A stretch of 64,000 nt of DNA from Phormidesmis sp. (GTDB lineage Bacteria; Cyanobacteriota; Cyanobacteriia; Leptolyngbyales; Leptolyngbyaceae), in assembly GCA_965248535.1 (NCBI GenBank), contig CBDFJR010000002.1, forward strand, positions 2,112,001-2,176,000. Direction: 5' to 3'. The position numbers were made by a program, and so were the translations under genes. Below, one piece after another: positions 21,855 through 31,912 of the stretch; the first letter of the stretch is position 1; the number at the start of each line of letters is the position of its first letter. The notes beneath the pieces were generated by a model. The model searched no databases. It was not told where the DNA came from and was given only the letters and a program-made list of their open reading frames with translations.

Positions 21855-22048
21855 CTAGTAGTTCACCCATTCAACGTTGACTAGTACTGATCTTTGGCGA
21901 TGAGGCGATAGTCTTGGGCTTCCGACCCTTGGGGGCGTGCCCCCAAACCCCCATTGGGGGACGGTTGCCTCCCCCAAACCCCCTGCAAACAAACTCTTGG
22001 CTAGGTCGTTCGACATGACTCCTCAGAGTTAGTTTGGCAGACTGCTAG
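21855..22048. mobile_element. MITE-like element, copy 2, with imperfect terminal inverted repeats
   Basis: Starts CTAGTAGTTCACC and ends GGCAGACTGCTAG; internal G/C-run hairpins; homologous to 14405-14557; no ORF. Confidence 0.7.
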
Positions 22049-22140
22049 GGGAATGGCCCCATCAGGGGTGATCGTTATTTATGAGGATGGCGCAAAGTGG
22101 TATCGTTTGGATGCTCGATATGAACATCTTTTGAGTCTTC

Positions 22141-23037
22141 ATGCTCTTTGATCCTGCTATTTTGGCGTTTCAATTTACGTCTCCTGGGCCGATCTTGGTC
22201 GAGTGGGGCCCGATCGTAATCCGGTGGTATGGGCTGCTCATCGCCTCTGCGGTTTTAATGGGGGCAACCCTCTCTCAGTCTCTGGCGGCGCGGCGACACG
22301 TTGACCCTGATCTGTTGAGTGATTTGGCTGTCTGGCTGGTGATTGCCGCCATTCCTAGCGCTCGGCTTTATTATGTGTTGTTTCAGTGGCAAGACTATGC
22401 CCAGCAGCCTCAAAAGATTATTGCCATCTGGGAAGGGGGGATCGCGATTCATGGAGCCATTTTAGGCGGTGTAATTGCGGCGCTAGTTTTTGCCAGATTG
22501 AAGCGAATTTCATTTTGGCAGTTGGCTGATCTGGTGGCCCCGTCACTGATTTTGGGTCAAGCGATCGGGCGATGGGGCAATTTCTTTAATTCTGAAGCGT
22601 TTGGCGCACCGACTGATCTGCCCTGGAAGCTGTTTATTCCTCGCTATGTGGTCGAGGGCGGACGACAGATTGCCCGTCGCCCGGCAGGATTTGAGAACGT
22701 TGAGTATTATCACCCTACGTTTCTCTACGAGTCGCTGTGGAATTTAATGGTGTTTGGGTTGTTGATGACGCTGTTTTTTAAAGATCTGCGAGGCAACCCG
22801 CGTCTCAAGGTCGGCACGGTGTTTTTGGTTTATCTAGTGAGCTACAGTTTAGGCCGCGTCTGGATTGAGGGTCTTCGCACCGATAGCTTGATGTTGGGGC
22901 CGCTGCGGGCGGCGCAACTAGTGAGTTTAGCGGGCATCACTATTGGCACGATCGGGCTAATTTGGCTCTATGGCTTGCGGCGATCGCTCCCTGATGTCGT
23001 GTCTCCTAACGCTGCCCCTTCAGAGCCGTTGGGCTAA
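22141..23037 (+). CDS. lgt: Prolipoprotein diacylglyceryl transferase
   Basis: [40 protein letters not shown]. Confidence 0.96.
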   Translation: MLFDPAILAFQFTSPGPILVEWGPIVIRWYGLLIASAVLMGATLSQSLAARRHVDPDLLSDLAVWLVIAAIPSARLYYVLFQWQDYAQQPQKIIAIWEGGIAIHGAILGGVIAALVFARLKRISFWQLADLVAPSLILGQAIGRWGNFFNSEAFGAPTDLPWKLFIPRYVVEGGRQIARRPAGFENVEYYHPTFLYESLWNLMVFGLLMTLFFKDLRGNPRLKVGTVFLVYLVSYSLGRVWIEGLRTDSLMLGPLRAAQLVSLAGITIGTIGLIWLYGLRRSLPDVVSPNAAPSEPLG

Positions 23038-23041
23038 AAAT

Positions 23042-23091
23042 AAAAAACCCCCAGAGGGTTACTCCGGGGGTAGTCAGGGTGCATCTACCAT
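23042..23091 (-). ncRNA. nsiR1: NsiR1-like small RNA
   Basis: Minus strand reads ATGGTAGATGCACCCTGACTA-CCCCCGGAG-taacc-CTCTGGGGG-TTTTTT. The 5' part matches the NsiR1 motif TGGTAGATGCACC as I recall it, followed by an intrinsic terminator. Confidence 0.75.
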
Positions 23092-23095
23092 ACCC

Positions 23096-23125
23096 CTTTA
23101 CTCAGATTCTCTGCATAAATCCGGA
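23096..23125 (-). promoter_or_regulatory. DIF1-type promoter (TCCGGA-N18-GTAAAG)
   Basis: TCCGGA at 23120-23125 lies at about -35 relative to the predicted sRNA 5' end; GTA at about -11. Confidence 0.6.
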
Positions 23126-23187
23126 AGAACTGATGTTATAAAAAACTAGTTTATTGTGAGCCAGTTCAGTATTTGTGACGAGAAGCC

Positions 23188-24051
23188 ATGCTAAATGCGT
23201 CAGACCCGCCCTGCCTAAAGTCGGCGCTGCCTCTGGCAGCCGGAGTCTATATTGTGGGCGCGGGGCCTGGAGATCCCGATCTGCTAACGGTTAGGGCGCA
23301 GAAGCTCATTGCCCAAGCCGATGTGATTTTGTTTGCTGACTCCCTGATTCCGCCGCAGATTTTAGACGTAGCCCGATCGCAGGCCGAGATCGTTCAAACT
23401 GCCAGCAAAACCCTAGAGGAAATTCTGCCCTTGATGATTGCCCGCGTGCGATCGGGCTGCTCGGTAGTGCGGCTCCACTCTGGCGACCCCAGCCTATATA
23501 GTGCGGTGCAGGAGCAAATGCAAGCTCTCATGAAGGCTGAGATCCCGTTTGAGGTGGTGCCCGGCATCAGTGCTTATCAGCTAGCGGCGGCTCGGCTGCG
23601 GGTCGAACTCACCCTACCCGGCGTGGTGCAGTCGATTATTTTGACTCGGATTAGTGGACGCACCGACGTGCCGATCGCAGAAGAACTCTCAACGCTGGCG
23701 GCTCATCGAGCTAGCTTGTGCCTTTATCTGAGCGCCCGTCACGTCGAAACGGCTCAGGCAAAATTAATGCAGCACTATCCGGCTGAGACTCCGGTGGCGA
23801 TCTGCTTTCGGCTGGGCTGGGCCGATGAAACGATTCGGCTGGTGCGGCTGGATCGGATGGCGATCGTCACCCACGAGCAAGATCTGATCAGAACGACGCT
23901 ATATGTGATCAGCCCGGCGCTGGCGGCAGAAACCGTTCCCCCGGAGTTTGGGGTTGTTGAGCAACGCGAGAAATGGGGAGATCAGCGATCGCGCCTTTAC
24001 CATCCCGACCATAGCCGCCTATTTCGAGAAAACGGGGAGGCACGATCGTAG
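23188..24051 (+). CDS. cobM: Precorrin-4 C11-methyltransferase
   Basis: VGAGPGDPDLLT, RLHSGDPSLYSA, VELTLPGVVQSIILTR, RSRLYHP. Confidence 0.92.
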   Translation: MLNASDPPCLKSALPLAAGVYIVGAGPGDPDLLTVRAQKLIAQADVILFADSLIPPQILDVARSQAEIVQTASKTLEEILPLMIARVRSGCSVVRLHSGDPSLYSAVQEQMQALMKAEIPFEVVPGISAYQLAAARLRVELTLPGVVQSIILTRISGRTDVPIAEELSTLAAHRASLCLYLSARHVETAQAKLMQHYPAETPVAICFRLGWADETIRLVRLDRMAIVTHEQDLIRTTLYVISPALAAETVPPEFGVVEQREKWGDQRSRLYHPDHSRLFRENGEARS

Positions 24052-24060
24052 CTACCCACC

Positions 24061-24092
24061 AGATCTCCGATTTCTTAAGAAATCGGAGATCT
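24061..24092. repeat. Perfect 32-bp palindrome between convergent cobM and argC
   Basis: AGATCTCCGATTTCTT|AAGAAATCGGAGATCT; resembles a common cyanobacterial dispersed repeat and may act as a terminator. Confidence 0.8.
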
Positions 24093-24095
24093 TCG

Positions 24096-25154
24096 CTAGG
24101 GATAAAAACTCAGCTTTGGCAAGCCCAAGGTTTCTTCCCAGCCCATCATCAGATTGAGACATTGAATGGCTTGCCCTGCCTGACCCTTCATCAGGTTATC
24201 GATCGCAGACATCACGATCACTCGATTAGTGCGCGGATCGACTTCGACCCCGATATAGCAAAGATTGGTTCCCCAAGCCCACTTGGTCTGCGGATACACT
24301 CCTCCCGGCAGCAGCTTCACCCACGGAGAGTTGCGATAAAAAGCATTGTAAATGGTCAGCAGATCTTCTCTGACGAGTCCGGGATCGCGCAGCGTTGCGT
24401 AAACGGTCGCCAAGATGCCCCGCACCATTGGGATCAGGTGAGGCGTAAACTGCACTAAGACTTCGTGCCCTGCTAAGTCGGTGCAAATCTGCTCAATTTC
24501 AGGCGTGTGACGATGCCCCGCGACGCTATAAGCCCCCAGCGAGTTGTCTGCCTCAGCCAGCAATAGACCTGTTTTGGGCTGCCGTCCGCCGCCAGAGGTG
24601 CCAGATTTTGCGTCTACGATCGCCGTTTCGGGCAGCACCAAGCCTTGCTTAAATAGCGGCGACAGCGCCATCAAACTCGCCGTCGGATAGCACCCCGGAC
24701 ACCCCACCAACTGCGCGTTGGCAATGCGATCGCGATATAGCTCCGGCAGACCATAAACGGCAGTCTCCGCCACGTCACGATCGTCTCGCTCCAGCCCATA
24801 CCAATGGGTGTAGGTGTCAAGGTCAGAAAATCGGTAGTCTGCTGACAGATCCAAGACTTTGCAGCCTTTTTCTAACAGCGTCGGAGCCATCTTGCAGGCC
24901 AACCCATTGGGCAGCGAGAGAAACACAGCCTGACAGCGATCGGCAATCTTTTCAAGATCGATTGGCTCGATCATTTGATGCACCTGATGCCCCAAATGCG
25001 GATAAAGGCTCGAAAAGTCTTGCCCTGCGCTGCTGTCGCCGCCCAAATAGGCAAGCTTTAACTTGGGATGGTCAGTCAAAAGTCGGACTAACTGCACCCC
25101 TCCATAGCCCGATGCGCCGACGATACCAACGGGTACACGCTCTAAGTCACCCAT
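24096..25154 (-). CDS. argC: N-acetyl-gamma-glutamyl-phosphate reductase
   Basis: [34 protein letters not shown]. Confidence 0.96.
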   Translation of the reverse strand: MGDLERVPVGIVGASGYGGVQLVRLLTDHPKLKLAYLGGDSSAGQDFSSLYPHLGHQVHQMIEPIDLEKIADRCQAVFLSLPNGLACKMAPTLLEKGCKVLDLSADYRFSDLDTYTHWYGLERDDRDVAETAVYGLPELYRDRIANAQLVGCPGCYPTASLMALSPLFKQGLVLPETAIVDAKSGTSGGGRQPKTGLLLAEADNSLGAYSVAGHRHTPEIEQICTDLAGHEVLVQFTPHLIPMVRGILATVYATLRDPGLVREDLLTIYNAFYRNSPWVKLLPGGVYPQTKWAWGTNLCYIGVEVDPRTNRVIVMSAIDNLMKGQAGQAIQCLNLMMGWEETLGLPKLSFYP

Positions 25155-25622
25155 GTTTCTTGACCTTTACGACAGATGGACTGCTAATCTTCTGCTGCAT
25201 TGTAATCTTCAAATTGTCAAAGTAGAAAACGACTTGAGGATTCTCTAATTCAGCGATCGTCTCTCACTCTAGCGTTAGTCTGAGCTTAACTTTGGCTTCA
25301 TAGGATACGGAGAAACGATTGTTATCCTGAAACCAGATCACAGACAGCGTAATTATTACTTAATTCCTGGAATTTTGGAGCAGAGGAATTTAGAATGCTT
25401 AATTATGAAGAGTAACTTCATAAGACTGTACTCTCACCCTCTAACTCTGCATCTACCTAGTTGATTCTCTCAGCGCCAGAAATCAGTGATTTCTCGGTTG
25501 CTCTCTTCGGTTCAAGCTTTCTGCGTCTATAGAAACCGTTCTCAGGCTCAGTACGCTTCTGAAGTCAGAAGAATTACAATTAAAGATAAAACCGCTTCAA
25601 AAAACTTTACGGTGTTACCGCT

Positions 25623-27311
25623 TTGAACCTCTCTGTCAACGCTCAACCCCTTTCTAACCAACCGTTTCCTTTTGATTTGATTGAGGATGCTCTCGCGGAT
25701 CTGAAGGCAGGGAAAGCGATCGTCGTCGTCGATGATGAAAACCGAGAAAACGAGGGAGACGTGATCTGTGCAGCCCAATTTGCGACTCCAGACATGATCA
25801 ACTTCATGGCAGTCTATGCGCGGGGTCTAATCTGTCTAGCCATGACGGGCACTCGTCTAGATGAACTAGATGTGCCACTCATGGTGCGAGAAAATACTGA
25901 CAGTAATCAAACAGCCTTTACGGTTAGTATTGATGCTTCTCCCAGAGTCGGAGTCACGACAGGGATCTCTGCCGAAGATCGCGCCCGCACGATTCAGGTA
26001 GCTCTCGATCCAGACACTCAACCTGCGGATCTTCGCCGTCCGGGTCATATATTTCCGATTCGAGCCAGAGAAGGCGGCGTTTTAAAACGTGCGGGTCACA
26101 CCGAAGCTGCCGTCGATCTGTCTCGCCTTGCGGGGCTTTATCCGGCTGGGGTGATCTGTGAAATTCAAAACGCCGATGGCTCAATGGCACGACTGCCTGA
26201 GCTTTTAAAGTACGCTAAGATGCACGATCTAAAGATCATCAGCATTGCAGATCTGATTAGCTATCGGCTGCGACACGAGCGCTTTGTGTGCCGCGAAACC
26301 ATCGCTGACCTGCCCTCCCAGTTTGGGCAATTCAAAATTTACGCTTATCGCAATCTGCTCGATAACTCTGAGCATGTGGCGATCGTCAAAGGTGAGCCGA
26401 CAGAGTTTGGCGATCGCCCGGTGATGGTGCGGGTGCATTCAGAATGTCTGACGGGCGATGCTCTCGGTTCGCTGCGCTGTGATTGCCGGATGCAGCTACA
26501 AGCTGCCCTAAAAATGATCGAAAATGCGGGAATGGGCATTGTGGTCTATCTGCGGCAAGAAGGGCGAGGCATTGGGTTAGTCAACAAGCTCAAAGCCTAT
26601 TCGCTGCAAGATTTAGGACTGGATACCGTCGAGGCCAATGAGCGGTTGGGCTTTCCGGCTGATCTGCGAGATTATGGCGTTGGAGCGCAGATTCTCAATG
26701 ATTTAGGCGTTAAGCAAATTCGTCTGATCACCAACAATCCCCGTAAGATTGCGGGACTGAAGGGCTATGGACTAGAGATGGTGGATCGGGTGCCGCTGTT
26801 GATCGAAGCCACGTCCTACAACTCGTCTTATCTGGCGACCAAAGCCGAGAAGATGGGTCACTTGTTTTTGCAAACCTATCTGGTGACGATCGCGCTGCAC
26901 TTTGAGCACGATGAGTCAGTGACCGAACGCTATGAGCGCCTCGAAAAGCTGCGGCATCTGGCGAAGGTTTATGATTTGACGCTGCAAGAAGAAGCGCGAC
27001 CCGTGGCATCGGCGCTGTTTGGTGAGCGATCGCTGATCGTGCACCTGGGGTTTGAGCAAGCTTTGGTCAGCGATGCCGATTGGTATCGATCGCCTGATCA
27101 CCCCTATATTGCGGCGATCGGGCAAATTCTCGACAATGTGACCTGTTGGTCGTCGGTGCAAACGCTGGAGTTTATTATTTCTCCGGGGTCTGACCCGTTA
27201 GTTGGGTTGCAGGTGCAGCTTGATCGACAGACCTTTGAGAGCGAGCAATTGCCCTCCTCGATCTTTGACGCGCTAGAGACTCAAACGATTTATAGTTTTT
27301 CTAGAGATTAA
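25623..27311 (+). CDS. ribBA: Bifunctional DHBP synthase / GTP cyclohydrolase II with C-terminal extension
   Basis: [45 protein letters not shown]. Confidence 0.96.
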   Translation: MNLSVNAQPLSNQPFPFDLIEDALADLKAGKAIVVVDDENRENEGDVICAAQFATPDMINFMAVYARGLICLAMTGTRLDELDVPLMVRENTDSNQTAFTVSIDASPRVGVTTGISAEDRARTIQVALDPDTQPADLRRPGHIFPIRAREGGVLKRAGHTEAAVDLSRLAGLYPAGVICEIQNADGSMARLPELLKYAKMHDLKIISIADLISYRLRHERFVCRETIADLPSQFGQFKIYAYRNLLDNSEHVAIVKGEPTEFGDRPVMVRVHSECLTGDALGSLRCDCRMQLQAALKMIENAGMGIVVYLRQEGRGIGLVNKLKAYSLQDLGLDTVEANERLGFPADLRDYGVGAQILNDLGVKQIRLITNNPRKIAGLKGYGLEMVDRVPLLIEATSYNSSYLATKAEKMGHLFLQTYLVTIALHFEHDESVTERYERLEKLRHLAKVYDLTLQEEARPVASALFGERSLIVHLGFEQALVSDADWYRSPDHPYIAAIGQILDNVTCWSSVQTLEFIISPGSDPLVGLQVQLDRQTFESEQLPSSIFDALETQTIYSFSRD

Positions 27312-27403
27312 AGCCAGTTCACTCTAGGGATCTCTGCCTGCTAACCGATGTGACGACCCAGTCCGATGGGTGACTCTAGTCGGGTAGGTTTTGTGCAGCC
27401 ATC

Positions 27404-28132
27404 ATGCGGGCCAAAAAGTCGCTCACGGTCACCCCAGAGATTCAGCAAAAATTGATTCAGATCCACGATCGGCTTTGTCAGGCTTACGGGTGTCCGATTC
27501 CCTACTTTCACGAGCTAGACCCTCTGAGTGAACTGGTTTCAGCGTTGCTGTCTCACCGCACTCGCAATGCCGATTCTGCCAACGCATTTCATGAACTGCG
27601 GCGACAGTTTCCCACTTGGGAGCTAGTGCGCGATGCTCCTGTTGCCGAAGTTGAACAGGCGATCGCTCGCTGCACTTGGGCAGAGCAAAAAGCTCCGCGC
27701 ATTCAACAGATTTTGAAACTGATCGGCGATCGTCGGGATGGAGATCTCTCGCTAGACTTTCTCAAAGACCTTTCTGTTGCAGATGCCAGAGCGTGGCTCG
27801 AATCGCTGTCGGGAGTCGGGCCTAAAACCAGTGCTGCGGTGCTGTCGTTTAGTGTGCTGCGTCGTCGCGCTTTGCCCGTTGACAGTCATCATCACCGAGT
27901 TGCAATTCGATTGGGGTTGATTGGTAGCACGATCGCGGTTGCCCCTGCCCACGCCATTTTAGAAGCTCAGTTGCCTCTAGACTGGACAGCCCAGCAAGTC
28001 TATGACAATCACGAAGTCTTAATGCTGCACGGTCAGCGCTGCTGCTATTACCAAAACCCTGCTTGTCAGCGCTGCCCGGTGCTTGACCTCTGCCCCTTTG
28101 GACAAGCTCGACACCCTCAGGGAGTTGCATGA
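27404..28132 (+). CDS. Endonuclease III-like HhH-GPD DNA glycosylase with FeS cluster
   Basis: LSGVGPKT HhH motif, LPVDSH, C-terminal CC...C..C.....C. Confidence 0.88.
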   Translation: MRAKKSLTVTPEIQQKLIQIHDRLCQAYGCPIPYFHELDPLSELVSALLSHRTRNADSANAFHELRRQFPTWELVRDAPVAEVEQAIARCTWAEQKAPRIQQILKLIGDRRDGDLSLDFLKDLSVADARAWLESLSGVGPKTSAAVLSFSVLRRRALPVDSHHHRVAIRLGLIGSTIAVAPAHAILEAQLPLDWTAQQVYDNHEVLMLHGQRCCYYQNPACQRCPVLDLCPFGQARHPQGVA

Positions 28133-28699
28133 AAATGAAATCCCAATTTACAAGTTTTCGTCAGCTTTTGGAATTGAAGCGGGTACTTGATCGATCCGTA
28201 ACTCCCTGAGCGCACAGAGCCTGAATTTCAAGCAGGATAATTTCCGAAATAGGGGAGTTATTCTGTGAAGATTCGGTGTAGAACCTAAAAAAAACAGGAG
28301 TTATCCGGTTTCCACACAGCATAATTTCCTTGTGGAGGGCATTTATCCTGTTTGTGAGGAGTTCAAACGGCAGAAATAGTAGTTATGCCGCCAGCCCGAC
28401 AAGCAATCAGCCCGGTCTTTTAGAGTTGTCGTTCAACCGAATATCAACGGTATTGAGAACGGGTTGGTGAATGCGAAAGTCAACGGTTGAGACAGTGATC
28501 GCGCGGACTTATCGGTGTTGGCTTTAGCACAGATGTTTCGTTGAGATGGGGAAGTGACAGACCGCATAGGATTTCAATCCGTCCGCGAAGGCACAGTTCT
28601 TCGATTCTTGGCTATCCTAGCTTCGTCTTTTCACGTGACATTGGATAGGGCGAGAGTTGGGCTGGCGAAGTTGCGAGATCATTAGTTGAGTCAAGCAAC

Positions 28700-28787
28700 G
28701 CATAACAACCCGATTGGAGCGGACTGTTGCTCGATCTCAGTGAATTTGCAAAGATTACTCGCAGCCGCTCAATCGGGAACGTTATGC
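28700..28787 (+). other. Integron attC recombination site 1
   Basis: R'' GCATAAC, 5-bp spacer, L'' GATTGGAG ... L' CTCAATC, 6-bp spacer, R' GTTATGC. R boxes are perfectly complementary and L'' has one extra G. Confidence 0.88.
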
Positions 28788-28995
28788 CGACCAAGTTGTC
28801 TGGGTGGGTGCAAGCGGAAGATTAATGGTAGGGTGCGATCGCTACGTATGAAGTTTTAGTGAAAGCCACGAATTCAGCTTCCTAGCTTTCTCCAAGCGAT
28901 AAGGCGGGTGTGCAGGGATCAAGCCAAATTCAGTTCTAAATTTCCTCGTCAAAAATGATGCTGACTATTGTTCGTAAAACTGCCCAGGTACTTGA

Positions 28996-29829
28996 ATGAA
29001 ACCAAATTCTGTATCTCAATCACAAAACTCAATCAAGCCTTTATGGTTCAATCGCAAGCGTGTTTTTCAAATAGGATTAATCCTCGGCTTATTTGCTGGA
29101 ACAGGTGTATCTGCGCTAGGAGGTTTTAGCTATTTGCAGCTAACTAAAGATTCTGTATCCATTAGGGATGGTCAGCTATATTTCAGCAAGTCTACCAGTA
29201 CTAATAACACTGTTGCCAGTAATGGTGGTGTTGCCAATAGTGGCAGCAACTCTCAAGTTAGTAGAGATAATTCGTCTAATAATACTAGTAATAGCCCAGA
29301 GATCCGAGGTAATTACAACACAATTACAATTGTGTCTAATCGAGATTTGCCAGGATTTAGCGAGAAAGGATATAGCACACCTCCTCCTGATTTAAGCAAG
29401 TATTCTCAAGCCAGTAATTTTCAACTTGATAAACTGGTATCTGGGTCTTCAGATACAGGTAGGATAGATTTTGGCAAGAAGGAAATTGTTATTTTAGGAA
29501 AACAGTATACTTCCTCCTTTGATGTTAGATATGACGCTAATTCAAGTCGCTTTGTCTTTCAACTGGATGGCACTCAAAAAGCGGCACTCATACAGTTTGG
29601 ACTTCCAGATTTAAAATCTGGAAACGGTAGTACTGGTGCCTACACAGTCAAGATTTACGGTGATGGCAAATTGTTATGGACAGGGGAATGCCAACGAAGC
29701 CGAGATAGTCAGATTATCTCAACCAGCTTATCAATCCCAGCTGTGAAATTATTGACGGTTGAGGTAACTAGCAATGGACAGAATGACAGTAATCTTTTCT
29801 TCACATCTGCACAACTTCTGAAGGAGTAA
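28996..29829 (+). CDS. Membrane-anchored protein with Ser/Asn-rich linker and NPCBM-like C-terminal domain (cassette gene)
   Basis: TM helix near the N-terminus; C-terminus ILGKQY...FGLPD...VKIYGDGKLLW...LTVEV resembles NPCBM/NEW2; AT-rich. Confidence 0.65.
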   Translation: MKPNSVSQSQNSIKPLWFNRKRVFQIGLILGLFAGTGVSALGGFSYLQLTKDSVSIRDGQLYFSKSTSTNNTVASNGGVANSGSNSQVSRDNSSNNTSNSPEIRGNYNTITIVSNRDLPGFSEKGYSTPPPDLSKYSQASNFQLDKLVSGSSDTGRIDFGKKEIVILGKQYTSSFDVRYDANSSRFVFQLDGTQKAALIQFGLPDLKSGNGSTGAYTVKIYGDGKLLWTGECQRSRDSQIISTSLSIPAVKLLTVEVTSNGQNDSNLFFTSAQLLKE

Positions 29830-29997
29830 AGAGCGTTCTCTACAAGACTGACTACTTTGCTTCTACATATCTCTAGTAGCAAGACTCTAGTTTTGCAACT
29901 AAAAAACACATTTAGAGAGCAAAAATCAACAAATCTAAGCATCACTACAAAATCTTTCTTCCCAATCAGGCAACGACAATTTACCCGGATTAAACTC

Positions 29998-30333
29998 ATG
30001 ACTCAATTACCTGCGCCTAAAACGACAAAGTTCTGCCAAGAATGTGGAGAATCCATCAATGCCAAAGCCGAAATCTGCCCTAGTTGTGGTGTTAGACAGC
30101 CAGGGATGGAAGTAGAAAGAAAAGGCAAAAAAGATCGAATTACTGCCGCTTTGTTATCGTTTTTCGGAGGTACGTTTGGAATCCAGTATTTTTATCTAGG
30201 AAAAACTCTGGCAGGAATTTTGTGCCTGGTTTTTTGTTGGTTCTTCTTCTTCCCAACTTTCCTCGGTTTTCTTGAAGGAATCATTTTATTGCTCATGAGT
30301 GATGCAGCGTTCGATCGCAAGTACAACAAATAG
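29998..30333 (+). CDS. TM2-domain protein with N-terminal zinc ribbon (cassette gene)
   Basis: KFCQECG...EICPSCG, then KDRITAALLSFFGGTFGIQYFYLG...EGIILL; start trimmed to ATG 29998. Confidence 0.85.
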   Translation: MTQLPAPKTTKFCQECGESINAKAEICPSCGVRQPGMEVERKGKKDRITAALLSFFGGTFGIQYFYLGKTLAGILCLVFCWFFFFPTFLGFLEGIILLLMSDAAFDRKYNK

Positions 30334-30387
30334 TGCGATCGCTGACGAGATTGTAGGGAATGATCGTGGTTGCTGCCTCTATGTGCG

Positions 30388-30476
30388 GTCTAACAACGCT
30401 CATGCACGCCGACCGCCGAGAGTTGATCGGTTATGATGCAAAGGTTGTCTACGGCGGGTGATGGGCAACGTTAGCA
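30388..30476 (+). other. Integron attC recombination site 2
   Basis: R'' GTCTAAC...GCTCATGCAC paired with GTGATGGGC...R' GTTAGCA; 89 bp; 54 bp after the TM2 stop. Confidence 0.78.
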
Positions 30477-30584
30477 TTCCGTTTGCGAGTCGCCTTTAAA
30501 CAGAAAGAAAAAAGTAAAGAGAGATAATGGAGTCCGGTCAACAGTTAAAAGGGCATGAATAGTCAACTATTCAGACAGTTATGC
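30471..30584 (+). repeat. ORF-less 108-bp unit ending in GTTATGC, copy 1
   Basis: About 86% identical (15/108 mismatches, no gaps) to 31992-32099. Confidence 0.85.
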
Positions 30585-30780
30585 CGTCACAGACTAGGTG
30601 ACAATTATAGCGGTTCTTCTTAACATGCAGTACACGTTGGACAGACAGAGCAAGGGTTTCAGCTTGTTATCTGTACCGAACCAGATTAGTAACCGCTATA
30701 AGCTTTCTAGAAGCTTGAAAAATCAGAAGATGATTGTAAACCAGAGCTTTGTCCAATCAAGTAGATTAGGAGACAGTTCA

Positions 30781-31146
30781 GTGGCAGAAAATATCAACAA
30801 TGACCTCAGAAACTCAAATATTGCTAACTTCGCAAATGAGGTTTCAGACAATGCGCGACTGCAAGCGAACCAATATATTAGTCAATCTGAGCGCCAGAGG
30901 ACTCTTATAGAAACAGCTAATGAGATTCAACAACTTCTTCGACAATTGGAGCAAACTAATCCCTTAGCGACAGAGCTTGAACAACGAGCTTATGTTAATA
31001 TTGCCACCAGTCCGGATCTTAAAGAACGCGCAATTGCTGCCTTAAAAGAAGGTGGAGAGACCGCTATTGAGGAGTTCTTTTTAGAGAATAAATACCTCAA
31101 AGTTGGTAAATCGGTTGTCAAAGGTTGGCTTCAAGCTAGCAATTAG
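30781..31146 (+). CDS. Hypothetical protein: N/Q-rich N-terminal motif plus helical domain (cassette gene)
   Basis: AGGAG 8 nt before GTG 30781, in frame with track ORF 30598. Resembles the C-terminal module of cyanobacterial pentapeptide-repeat proteins (TLIETANEIQQLLRQLEQTNP). Confidence 0.7.
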   Translation: MAENINNDLRNSNIANFANEVSDNARLQANQYISQSERQRTLIETANEIQQLLRQLEQTNPLATELEQRAYVNIATSPDLKERAIAALKEGGETAIEEFFLENKYLKVGKSVVKGWLQASN

Positions 31147-31243
31147 AGACTTCGGTGAGTTGCCAGCAGTTTGACAATCTGCTCTGAGGTAGACGAGTTC
31201 CTGGATTAAAATGCAGGGATACAGTTGCAACGAGGTTAAGGCA

Positions 31244-31519
31244 ATGACGGTTCGACAACCCCGCTATCCCAAAGAAGAATACGCTCGCCGTGGCAATGAG
31301 ATTTACGAGTCCCAAGTGCGATCCAAAGTCGAAGAGGGCAACCACGGCAGAATTGTGGCGATCGACATCGAAACCGGAGCCTTTGAAGTCGCTGACGACA
31401 TTGTGACCGCATCAGCACAACTCCTCGCCAAGTATGCGGATGCCCAAACTTGGTTTATCCGCATTGGGCATCGGGCGGTCTACCATTTTGGCGCACGGAG
31501 CCTGAAAGAAACGGTATGA
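31244..31519 (+). CDS. Small conserved partner of the aspartyl protease (DUF5678-like)
   Basis: MTVRQPRYPKEEYARRGNEIYE...GRIVAIDIETG...RIG; GAGG RBS; ATGA overlap with the next gene. Confidence 0.8.
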   Translation: MTVRQPRYPKEEYARRGNEIYESQVRSKVEEGNHGRIVAIDIETGAFEVADDIVTASAQLLAKYADAQTWFIRIGHRAVYHFGARSLKETV

Positions 31520-31893
31520 TGCATGGCTCTGTGAATCAGAACTGTGAGGCAATACTTCCAGTTGTAGTGAAGAACGATACTAAAACGCAACTCGTTGATG
31601 CAGTCATTGATACAGGTTTTTCGGGCTTCTTGACCTTGACTTCTAGCGCGATCGCCGCTCTAGACTTAACCTGGAAAGGGCGTGATGTTGCAACGCTGGG
31701 AGATGGCACGTCTTGTATTTTTGAGGTTTATATCGCGGTCGTCATTTGGGACGGACACTATCGCACGATTGATATCAATGAATCAGAAACAGTCCCTTTA
31801 GTCGGGATGCGCCTATTGCGAGGATACGATCTGCACATTCAGACCATTGAGGGCGGTTCGGTTACGATCAACGCATTGCCGATCGTGGTTTAG
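31516..31893 (+). CDS. Clan AA (retropepsin-like) aspartic protease
   Basis: AVIDTGFSGFLTL catalytic motif and PLVGM; start ATG 31516. Confidence 0.88.
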   Translation: MMHGSVNQNCEAILPVVVKNDTKTQLVDAVIDTGFSGFLTLTSSAIAALDLTWKGRDVATLGDGTSCIFEVYIAVVIWDGHYRTIDINESETVPLVGMRLLRGYDLHIQTIEGGSVTINALPIVV

Positions 31894-31912
31894 AAGCTAC
31901 TGGTGAGGCACG

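Noticed and set aside
25403..25423. TTATGAAG-N5-CTTCATAA dyad between argC and ribBA; also looked for an FMN riboswitch
   Set aside because: Single AT-rich dyad with no assignable regulator; no riboswitch consensus seen.
28255..28285. IS terminal repeat (...GTGTAGAACC, ISL3-like end)
   Set aside because: No partner end or transposase remnant recognised; better explained as part of the array head.
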